From positions 6,696,001 to 6,760,000 of the forward strand of contig OX597823.1 in assembly GCA_951406725.2 (NCBI GenBank): DNA of 64,000 nt, given 5' to 3'. This stretch comes from Octopus vulgaris (Eukaryota). The stretch's first letter is position 1. The number at the start of each line of letters is the position of its first letter. A program made the position numbers and the translations under genes. Positions 12,020 through 64,000 of the stretch are shown here, one piece after another. The notes below the pieces were generated by a model, which worked only from the letters and a program-made list of their open reading frames with translations, searched no databases and was not told the origin of the DNA.

Positions 12020-14295
12020 TATAAAGATCCAAACAAGGGGAACATTATAGACAACTTTAGACCAATCAATCTGCTCAATGCAGACCTGAAAATTTTGACA
12101 AAGGTGTTAGCCAAGAGGTTGGCGCTTGTCATCGAGAAATTGGTCGACAACGCACAAACGTGTGCTGTGCCGGGCCGGAGCATCCATGACAACCTCCATC
12201 TGATGCGCTACATCATAGACAGGGTAGTTAACGAACCTGGCATGGGTGGGGCCCTGATCAACTTGGATCAATCGAAAGCCTTCGATAGGGTAGACCATCG
12301 ATACTTGGAGGCAGTCCTGAGAGCGGCTGGTTTCGGTCCCGCCTTCCGCGGCTGGATAGCTGCCTTGTACAGAGGCATCCGTTCGGTAATTCGCGTAAAT
12401 GGACATCTATCGAGACCTTTCGACATTGCACGTTCGGTCCGTCAGGGATGCCCCTCTCGGCGCTTCTATACGTATTGACTCTTGAGCCACTACTGCGGAA
12501 GCTGGCGACTCTGAGGGGCATCCCGCGAGAATTGGGATGCGGGACGAGCGTGTCTGCATACGCGGACGACGTCACCGTCATAGTGTCAAGCCACGAGCAC
12601 ATCGAGCGGGTCGGCGAGACACTGAAAGACTACGAAGCGGTGACAGGAGGAAAAATCAACCGGGAAAAGTCAGTGGGCTTGCGGATCGGCACCTAGAGAA
12701 GCAAACCCATGCCGTCCACCAGTACCTCCGTCGTGGGACGCTGGACAGACGGCCCGGTTAAGTTGCTCGGAGTCTGGTTCGGTCCGGACCTCCAAATGGA
12801 GAACTGGAACGAGATAACGAGTAGGGTGGTCACTCTCGCCCAGCAATGGGCCGAGAGGAAACTGTCCCTAAAAGGTCGGGCGGAGGTGGCGAACGCGTAC
12901 ATCGCGTCCATCATCTACTACCGCCTGACCGTCGTACCTTGTCCCGACCCTACCATCACCAAACTAGAACGCATTCTCTTCCGCTTCTTGTGGAAAGGAT
13001 GCGTCCCGATGGTCAGGCGATCCATTTGCTGTCAACACCCGTTAAAAGGAGGGATGGGCATGCCGTGGTTGATGATGCGCAGACACGCGCTGAGACTGCG
13101 ACATCTCTGGCTCTATGTAGACGACGGTGAACAGGTGTGGTCGCCGTTTGTGAGGCACGCTTTCCCGCAGCTCGTCTCCATGACCGAACTGCAGTCGTGG
13201 ATCAAAAAGAGGCCGAGGAAGGGCGAATGGCACCGCGAGTGTCGCGTTGCTTTCAAGCAACTCTGCCGTCCCGGGTCGACCTTGAGTGACTTCAACACAA
13301 CCAAAGCATTCTATAGGGGATTAGTGGAGGGGAGGTACGACGACGATCTCGGGGCAAACCTGGGCGTCGACGAGGAATACCTGACCCGCCTGTTTCAAAC
13401 GACTTTCGGCCCGGGACCTAGGGATAACTTCCAGAGATCCCTGGCCTGGCGGTGCTACCGAGAAGCGCTACCCGTTCGGGATAAGCTCTATAGGCATGGC
13501 TCGAGAAACACGGGGCCGACCTGCCCGAGATGCGGGCAGAGCGACGAAACCGCTCTGCACGCAACCGTGCAGTGTCCAGCAATTTCTGACCTGTGGACTT
13601 ATGTCGAACGACTGCTGTCACGTGTGGGACGTGTCGGTTTATCAGCCGAGTCTATCGTTAATATCGTCACGCCTCCTTCCTTCAAACGGGAAGGAAGAGC
13701 TATTTTTATCATACTTGTGGCTATGACGAAAGAATGTATCTGGTGGACGCGCCTGAAAGGATTAGAGACAAACACTTTCCTCTCTGGTCAATCTCTCATC
13801 AACTTCTTCAAGTATCACTTGAAGAGGAAAGTGAGAGTAGAGAGGCAAGTTTTGTCTAGTGAATGTTTTAAAAAAAGATGGGTGAATGTAGCAAGGATGG
13901 CACGTATGAATGTCGAAGCCACCTTGACTATGATTCTATGAACCGTAAAAATTAATACAGAGAGTTGCTTATTTGCAAAAAAAAAAAAGAGATATAACAT
14001 GTGACTTCATTGACCGAGGTTACCGTGGTCTTTTCCGTAGTCTTTTCTTTCCACGGGTAAACCTCACCTGTCCTCCCCTTTACACTTCATATTGACATTT
14101 CTGTGATAACGATCCCTATTGATCAATTTTTTTCCTCTCCCCCTATTTTTTTAACCCCCCCCCTTTTTGTCCTCTTTCTTTCCTTTTACGATCCCTTTTG
14201 ATCGAAAGCCACCCCCCTTTTTTTTACCCCCAAAAGAAAAGCTCTACCTTGTAATTTGTTCTATCTGTGTGCAGCCCTGTGTGGCTAATAAACAT
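12020..14295 (+). mobile_element. 5'-truncated L1/Tx1-clade LINE (ORF2 RT and C-terminal zinc finger, 3' UTR)
   Basis: FRPINLLNADLKIL, LDQSKAFDRVDH, VRQGCPLS, YADD, CPRC...ET..H....C. One frameshift near 12451 and one stop at 12694. AATAAA precedes (TATC)n. GC-rich relative to host. Confidence 0.9.
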
Positions 14296-14297
14296 AA

Positions 14298-14512
<215 letters not shown>

Positions 14513-15210
14513 TGGAAGTGTTATATCTCGACTTTGCAAAGGCCGTTGATAAAATTTTATCATGGAATGATATGTCACAATATGCGTTATCTTGGCATTG
14601 TTGGAAAATTGGGAGAATGGCTTCATGAATTTCTGAAGGATAGAAGTCAGGCGGTAGTAGCCTATGGGGCCACTTCCATTGACACTCAAATAGTGAGCCC
14701 TATTTCGTAAAGCACTATTTTCGGACAACTACTGTTCATAATGGCCCTCTCAGATATGCCCTCAGCCACACAAAGAGCCACGATCACAAGTTATGCAGAT
14801 GATACAAATGCTTCACAAGTAATATAGAACCCTAAAGACGCTATGCACCTGCAATATGAGCTGAATGAAATATACAAATGGACCGGAAAGAATTGCAAGC
14901 AGTTTAATGTTGAAAAGTTTCGAGCTTTGTGCTATCAGCTTGCAAATCTAAATGCAATACCCAATACATACACTGGAGCTGGTGGGATTGCAATCCCAGA
15001 GGCACAAGCAGTGCGAGACCTGGGTATTTACATGAGTAATGATGCAACCTTTCATGTGCATGTTGCTAAGTTGGCAATGAAATGTAGGCGGCTGACCGGA
15101 TGGATTCTTAGAACTTTTAGAGTAAGAGACCAGGAAACCATGATGGTCCTATGGAGGACACTTGTCCTAAGTCACCTTGACTATTGCTCTCAGCTATGGT
15201 CACCAACCGG
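14513..15210 (+). mobile_element. CR1/L2-type LINE RT fragment, degenerate
   Basis: [32 protein letters not shown] motifs. Confidence 0.8.
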
Positions 15211-15229
15211 TTTCAAATTAACCGTATTT

Positions 15230-16595
15230 TATTTAATCCACAAATAACATTGTTAATTGGTTGTTCCTTATTTTAAAGGCCAGAGAAATGGGGTGGTTTT
15301 AATCAACCTCATACGAAAGAATAGCTTTCCTGGTATAAATGTATTTATACTGAAATAGGGCATGGGAAATGTAACAAAATATAAATAGCGGTTGGTTTCG
15401 ATTATATTCATGTAGAGTTTATATAGTACATATTCATGATATTATTACGCTTACAAAACTTCTTTGTTACAGATATTTTGTGTTTCATCAACACTAATTT
15501 TCAAATTAGCTGAGTCCACTGCTCTGCTCATAGAGACGTACAACTGGCCGTGTGTAAACATCGGACTGGGCAGAAACACACCAACATAATCTAAAGTCTG
15601 GCCCTGAGACTTGATATTTGTGAATGAGAAGGCTAGTTTCATGGGAAACGGCCTGTATCTTAATTGGAAGGGAAACTGGTTGTCGGAGGGTACCAGTGGT
15701 ATCCGACGTGTGGACAGGTGATTACCACTGTGAGGGCCAATCGCTATCACTGCCTCGATGACGTGAGAATTGAGTTGCGTGAGGGTGTATCTTGTTCCGT
15801 TGCAATTTCCATTGGCAGGGTCAAAGTTTTGTAGGAGCATTATAGGACAGTACTTTTACAGTGAGATCCTATGCTTAGGAAGTCCCGATGGATTCAAGTT
15901 GTTAAGGAAATCCTGTAGATACTGGTGCTAATTTCCATCAACTATAATGTCCGAACTTAAATAGTGTCGACTTTCTCCTGGGAAGTTGTTAATCATGTAT
16001 CCATTAACATTATTGTTTCTATTTATTTAGTTTTTGTCCTGGGTGCTGTACCAAATTGAAATCGCTGTAGAGGAAGTGTGTTGATGGGGTTAAAATAAAC
16101 TCACGCACCCACACCCACACACGCAGAGTGTGTCTTTCTCTCTGTTTCTGTGTGTTTGTGTTTTCCTCTGCCTCTGCCTTTCTCTCTTTGTCTATGTGTG
16201 TCTGTGTGTCGCTCATACAATTTGTGTGTCGCTCACACCATCAACACCCAGAACCGTTGTAGAGATAATAAGGCAAGAACAACTGAAAGTACTGTTTGAA
16301 CATTCATAAATGCTATTTAGGTTTTTGTCTCTGTTTCGCTACTGTGGCCGATTTTCGTATAATTTATTTTCATTTATGTATTTTTATTTATGTATACGGA
16401 AATGGCTTCCGTTTTTTTTTCTTCCGAATCGAAGCAGTGTAGCTAGTGTTTCCAATAAAACATTATAAACATGACATAAACCATTCTCGAGACGTCCTTA
16501 GTAAGACTGTTAAGCTTCGTGCAAGTTTAATCAGTCGTTTGGCCGTGAAAATGGTCACGGACAGACGGACGGACATAAGGCCAACTATAGTAAGA
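15230..16595 (-). mobile_element. Helitron remnant with PIF1-type helicase C-terminus
   Basis: ORF 15451..15840 (CNGTR, FPMKLAFSFT..KSQGQTL, FTHGQLYVSMSR); candidate 5' end A|TCTTACTATAG at 16595. Confidence 0.8.
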
Positions 16596-17558
16596 TATAC
16601 ATTCCATCTAAGATATTTCCTGAGCGAAGAAAATACGATATTAATATGTTTGTCATTGTATAAATAGATGAGAAATGTATTTTCCTGTATCAGTGATAAC
16701 ATGATATTTATTATACTAGAAATGCATATAGACACAAACTATAAAAGAAAATGTTTCCTCACACCATCATAGATTATACAAATATATGTATCCTGAATGT
16801 TATACACATTTATTCATGTATCTATATATATATTCTTTTGTGATGTTGCTGTATGAGTCCCATCATAATGGTGATCGTGTTGTTTATCAAATCTATATCT
16901 TTATATAATTATACGTTCCTTCTTACGTTTGGTGTCATACTCCAGAAACTTCATTTGAAAGGAGAAACATTTTACTGACAATAATGTTTTCTGTTTATAT
17001 TAAATAAACAGTATTATTTTTATTTAAATATTTAGCCCCAGGAAATGTAATTTTACTCACAAATGCAATAAGGTACCGTAGATACGGTAGTAAGAGATAG
17101 GAAGTAAAATAAATGATATTTTAACCCGGTAAAGTCTGAATAAATTGTTTTCATTAATGATGTGCCTATGTGTGTTTTAATTTAAACAATAGTTATTAAT
17201 GAAAGAAAATACATATTGAGCCCTTTTTAATTACTGTTAAATTATGTTAAAAAGGATTATATTTTTGGAAGGAACAGTATACATTTAAAAAGTTGTTTAT
17301 ATGTAATTATGCTCAGTAGCAAAACCTGCGGGATTTCCGCTAGGTTTTTCTACTTTATATAATTTTGTCATTTCTTTCAGTTGATCCATTCATGATTTGA
17401 TGGTTAAGGGGAATGTCAATTTGCAAATCTTTATATATCCATCATGTTTTAATTCATATAATCCGAAATAAGTGATATATTTTGTGGATTATTCCTCGTT
17501 ATTATTCTCATCAATATCTTTTCTGTCAATTCACAGACGTTTGTTTTAACGTTTCTAT

Positions 17559-58481
<40,923 letters not shown>

Positions 58482-58604
58482 CTGAAAAAGAAATAAAACA
58501 TTTGTATGAGATATATCTCAGAGAATTCATTGGTGTGGATTATATCCTGGAAATACATGGATATTGATAACGGTGGCTGGGCAAGTAACTGTACTAATAT
58601 ATAT

Positions 58605-58950
<346 letters not shown>

Positions 58951-59993
58951 AACTAAGTAACATCGACGTCAAATTTGAGTGAAATCCGTTGAAATTGGTA
59001 AACTTTTGGTCGAAATTTTGCAGACAATTTGATTGGGAAATCCCATAAGGAATCGATTTATCGATTGTTTCCACTCATCGATTGTTTTTTGTTTTTTTTT
59101 TTGGTTTTTGGAGAACTTAAAGCATTCAAAGATCGCATGAGTCCTAAGTAATGCTGGCAACAAATTTGAACAAAATGCATCAAAAGTGGTAGACGTTATG
59201 GTTGAAAAGAGTCAGATCTCTCCTTTCGAAAATATAGAGTTTCGAAACATTGTTTACAATATGCAAATTTGGCACCCAGACATGACTTTTGTAAGTGGAA
59301 CAAAGAGGCATACCTTCTCCCACAGATATGTGAGAGTCAGATCTCTCCTCTCGAAAACATGAACAGTTTCGAAACATTGTTTACAAAATAATAGCTGATC
59401 GTTTACGAAGGAGCGTGTCTACAGTCAACATGTAGGTCTTTTACTCTGGTAACCCCTGCTCTCTCCCATGTTCACGCACAACCAGCTACGAGTAGAGCAA
59501 CCGTTTCCGCTAATTTGGATATTAGTTGTGGGGAAACGGAAAATATCGTTTATATATATATTGCATACAGGTGTTTTGTACGCATACATGCATGCATGCA
59601 TACATACATAACAACACCTGTCTGTCTGTTTTTGCCTGTCAATCACTCGATAAAAACACGAAATTTTAAAAATATATTATCTTTCTCTCTCTCCCTCTCC
59701 GTCCCTCTCTTAACTCCGTCACTAGAAGGGGACTTAACTCATGTTTGTAAACAATGGTAGAAATCTCCGCCGTAAAAATTGTTAAGTTTTAGTCGAAAAT
59801 TTATTTTTACCGGTATTTGCCGGTGCCTCGGGAGAAAATAATTTGACGAAAATACAGCTAGAGTCGTGACGGATGTTGGAGCGACATGCGTGCAAATTTG
59901 TGGACGTGCATAAATTACATTCACGTACGCACACACACACACACACTCACATCCTGCCTTTTATATATATACAGGTATATATATATAAATATA

Positions 59994-60029
<36 letters not shown>

Positions 60030-60030
<1 letters not shown>

Positions 60031-60550
60031 ATACCTGGTGCAGACGCTATTTGAGGACACTTCTATTTTTAGCCATTATTTTATTAAACTAACATTTATT
60101 CAACTTCTATTTCAGAAAATAACAACGACAGGCGCTATGCTTAGTTATGAAATGGAAAGGCATGTTGTGATTGAGGCTTTGATGGCTAAGTATGGTGATT
60201 TAGAAATTTCTCGTTTTCTGAAATTTGCAAGATCTTCTTTCCATAAGATTAGGTGTGAGTTAGAGAAAGAAGATGGAAGCGTATTACCTGTGTCAAAACG
60301 TACAAAACATTTCAAGGAATCTGATTCTAGCAACACGCCTGAATGTATTCAGGTGCTTAAGCAAAACGTTGAAGGCAAGCCAGGAAAATCAATGAAGTCA
60401 AATACAAAAAGTTTTGAATCAGAAAAAAAACCAACAATCAGAAATTTTGTGCATGAAGACATAAGGAGAGTTAAATTCATGTCAGAAAAAAAAGAAACAA
60501 AATCATTTAATCAGATCCAAAAGACTTTTGAACAAATTTTAAGTGTCATC
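60030..60550 (+). mobile_element. Tc1/mariner-superfamily transposase N-terminal remnant
   Basis: MERHVVIEALMA...EISRFLKFARS (HTH-like) and KPGKSM...TIRNFVHED. Confidence 0.6.
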
Positions 60551-60845
60551 AGAAGATATTGTGATTTGGTTTGTCTCAGCGTTTCTTTGTAATCTATAAA
60601 ACTCTTTTCAAATACCTTCCGTACCTTCTATATTGTTGTGTCCTACTCGACACTAATTTGTTCCACCTCATCACGACGTACTTCGTCGTCTGTGAGACGA
60701 GCCCGAACAGCGTCCTCGCCGCCTGAAACTGCTGACTGTGTTAGTCCAGTATTTCTTAGTAGTGGAGCAACCCACTTCGCACCTGGAGGTGTCCGCCACA
60801 ACACCTCCCACTTTGAGGTTTGTTTCTATTTCTACTAACCAGAAT

Positions 60846-60891
<46 letters not shown>

Positions 60892-61969
60892 TTTTTTGAA
60901 CTCATAATATTCTGTATGTGTATACTGAACTTTTTTTTATAATTCCTCCTGGAAATTACCCTGAGATGTATAATATATTTGTTTTAATCTTTTCTGCCCA
61001 TTATTTCAATGAGCTTGTTAAACTTTTTTTATATTCTCAACATACTGTTGTCACAAAAGACTGTATATTTATATGGATTATAGTACTCTGTGTCAACCAA
61101 TATTCTGTGCATGTTTGAATATACAGATACAGTACCAATATCAATTCCGTCTGGACACTATCTTAAGTATGTCCTTGAGAACGATTATTTATGTAGTAAT
61201 CTTTTGTTCCCGATATTTTAAGGAACTTGTTGAACTTTTTATGTCCTTAACATGTCCCTGTTACCAAAGACTGTATATATATATGTACTGTAGCAATTTG
61301 CAACAACCAATAATTAACGCAACCAAACTTCCACATGTTACTTTTGACAAACTTTTTCCAAAGAGTGAAACCGGTAAAGTAAATAAACATCTTTTAAATT
61401 GCATTTACAAACCTTCTTTCGTATATATATATATATATATATATAGATATATGCATGTGTATGCGTGCGTGTGTGTGTGTGTGTTCAAAATTTACACACT
61501 ATTATTATACATGTATAATTCATTTCTACATCTTTCCCTTTCGCTACACTTTTCTCGGCAGAAACCGTATCGGTTACCTGCAAACTTTCACTATCTTTAA
61601 AATAAAGTGTTTGTACTAGAATGATTCCCCGGCGAAGCATTTTCAGTAGAAGGACCTTTTCCTGTAACAGATGACTCAGATTCTCTAATTACAGAATTTT
61701 CTACAACGTGTTCTTCACTAGTCACTTCCATCGACAGACATTTCATCCGGAGTCTTTTCAAATAGTACCTGTTTAGTATCCTCAATCACAAAACGGCTTG
61801 GGTTTTATTTGTCCATTCTAACTTTCTTAGCAACTGATTCGACAGATGGATATTTGCTTACGTTTGAAATCTGGTATTACTATAAATATGTCGTTTATTC
61901 TGTCATTTTGTTTTTTCTAACCAGAATTATTTTTTGTTCCACAGAACCATATATTTTTTTTCAAAATTT

Positions 61970-62250
61970 ACACAGCATTCCGATACACACATATCGGCAA
62001 TTCACCAAAAATTGTTTTCTTTCATTTTCCTATCACAGAGAAAGCAATTATTACATAGATTTCTCCGATATACACCTATCGGGAATAATAATTATTATTA
62101 TTTTTAAATCTATGTATTACACAGAACAACAAAATCTTTTATCATTTCCTTATCACAGAGCAATTAATTATATCCTGGTTTTCTCCGATATACCCCTATC
62201 GGCAATTATTATTATCTTTTTTCAAATTTATGTATTGCACACAATAGCAT
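61970..62250. repeat. Diverged tandem repeat (about 85-120 bp) with hairpin CCGATA-N6-TATCGG
   Basis: Motif at about 61980, 62065 and 62185. Confidence 0.7.
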
Positions 62251-63087
62251 TATATGTTTTTTCAAAATTCCGCAGGTAGTACCAAGTCGATATTATTACT
62301 TGTAGTGCGACTAACACATAGCGAACTGATTTATCAATCCTTCGGATTATTATTCGGACATATTATTATTGACTGAGTGTAGTTCACTTCTATGTTGACA
62401 TTGTTTCTTCAGAATCGTTTTTCATATATTTTTCACTGTGTGTATATTACTTTTCACCGTGCGTTGTTCAATTGTGTGTCAGCGTTTTTTACTTCAGAAT
62501 CCATTTTTTAATATTGTTCACTGCGTTTCTTTCACTGTGTGAAGTTCAATTTTGTGTTAGAGTTCGAATCTTTCAAATATTCTTTCATTGCTCTTGAACG
62601 GAGCTCTTCCATTTCGACTCTCATACGATACTCTGTTCAACACAAAGATATACATATTTACATACGTTTATATACACATATATCTCTACGTATGTGTTTA
62701 TATTTTTATACATTGTCGAGCAATATTACAAGCAATGCCAATGACTTGTCAACTGACATCAGTGGCAAAATTTATTGATAAAAAACGAAACGATGTACAG
62801 TGAAAGGCATTATATCATTATTCAGCAGTGTGTAGATGTGTTTCCCTTGAATTGGTCTTCACTTAGTGTGAACTTGAAACATTCTTATGGGTGTCGATTA
62901 CTCTCTAGTTCAGAAATATACTGGACCATGTTGCCAAATGAACTTTTGCACATAGGGGCATCTTCCAAACATTTCGCTTTTTGAGCTTATGAAAACATAG
63001 GAAGGTATAAATTTTTCAGCCAAGCAGAGACTGCTTTTACTTCATTTCAGATATATCTCAGCGTGTTCCTGCAAATTCTATCAGTTT

Positions 63088-63950
63088 GGCAAGAAAGTTC
63101 TTGGACACTTTTAACACATCACTTTATTAACAATTTAAAAAGCAATAAAGAACAATAAATCCAAATGGTAATCACCTTCGTTATCCATCAACTTTTGCCA
63201 TCTTTCAGGTAAAGTTTTGAATCCTTTCATCACGCAATCGCGTGGCTTTGAATCAATAAAAACGTAAAGTAAGGATTTCATATCCTTTTCGTTTTCTAAC
63301 TTTGTATCGCGTTGCAAGGCAGAGAATAAGTGGTAGTCAGAAGGGTTAGGGTTCGTGTACCATAATCTCCCAGACCGCCTTCTTCAGCTTCTCCGACGTC
63401 TTCTTTGCACGATGTGCTGGCGCGTTGTCTTGGTGGTAAATTATCTTCTTCAAATTTGAGCGTTTTTCGACCAGCGCGATATTTAGACGGTCGATTTGTT
63501 CTTAGTAGACATCCTTCCAAACGGTGGTTTTGCGTGGAAGAAGATCCAACATGATCATTCCACTGCAATCCCACCAAATAGAACCTTCTTTTGAAGAAGG
63601 GGTCCTTTTGGTGAAGGTTTTGGCTGTTAACCTTTGCTACATCAAGATTATCTGCACCTTTCATCCATAGTGCCATAGTGCCCACTTTTCATCCATAGTG
63701 ATTACTGACTCCAAACAATCGAATCTTCGGCTTCGCCAGATCAGACTTTGACATGCAGTGACACGTGCTTGTTTGTTCGCTTCAGTCAATTCATGAGGCA
63801 CACATTTTGCAAGCTTGCTAACCTTCCCGAGACGATGAAGGTGGTTGATGATCGTGACATGGGAGACGACAAACTGTACCGCAAGTTGACGCGCAGTTTG
63901 CATTAGATCGGCTTCAATTACTTGCAAAAATGACTTGTCCAACAACTTTC
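63088..63950 (-). mobile_element. Degenerate mariner (DD34D) transposon
   Basis: HLHRLG..SKL..CVPHELT, VITMDEKW, HQDNAR.H, PSDYHLF, GFKTLPERWQK.MDNEGDY across frameshifts. Confidence 0.88.
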
Positions 63951-64000
63951 ATACTAATGTAATAGATGATTTTGTACGGCGCTGTTTGCTTGTTTCATAG

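Noticed and set aside
61597-61785. Ser/Thr-rich ORF as a possible upstream aGPCR exon
   Set aside because: No convincing acceptor and phase-1 donor pair keeps the frame open, and the ORF ends in a stop.

Overview
This is AT-rich, microsatellite-dense animal genomic DNA. The SINE, Dong/R4 LINE and Penelope repeat landscape suggests a cephalopod such as Octopus, but that is inference. One host gene is present on the minus strand: 13 phase-compatible GT-AG exons (58481 to 17559, about 672 aa) of an adhesion GPCR with HormR, GAIN/GPS and 7TM regions. Its 5' exons were not found. The rest is mostly transposon debris: two Gypsy LTR elements, a hAT, a Tx1/L1-like LINE, CR1- and RTE-like fragments, several Dong/R4 LINEs in (TAA)n, Helitrons, Tc1/mariner remnants, Penelope fragments and tRNA-derived SINEs. 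The most striking feature is at 9031-10852: a near-identical 491-bp non-coding unit, arrayed both in tandem and head-to-head, in which each full copy carries a canonical type I hammerhead ribozyme with an extended stem II and a near-palindromic stem III. This resembles a retrozyme or Penelope pseudo-LTR array predicted to release a 491-nt RNA. A further near-canonical hammerhead (40095-40183) and several degenerate or variant hammerhead motifs, often inside inverted repeats, are scattered through the window.
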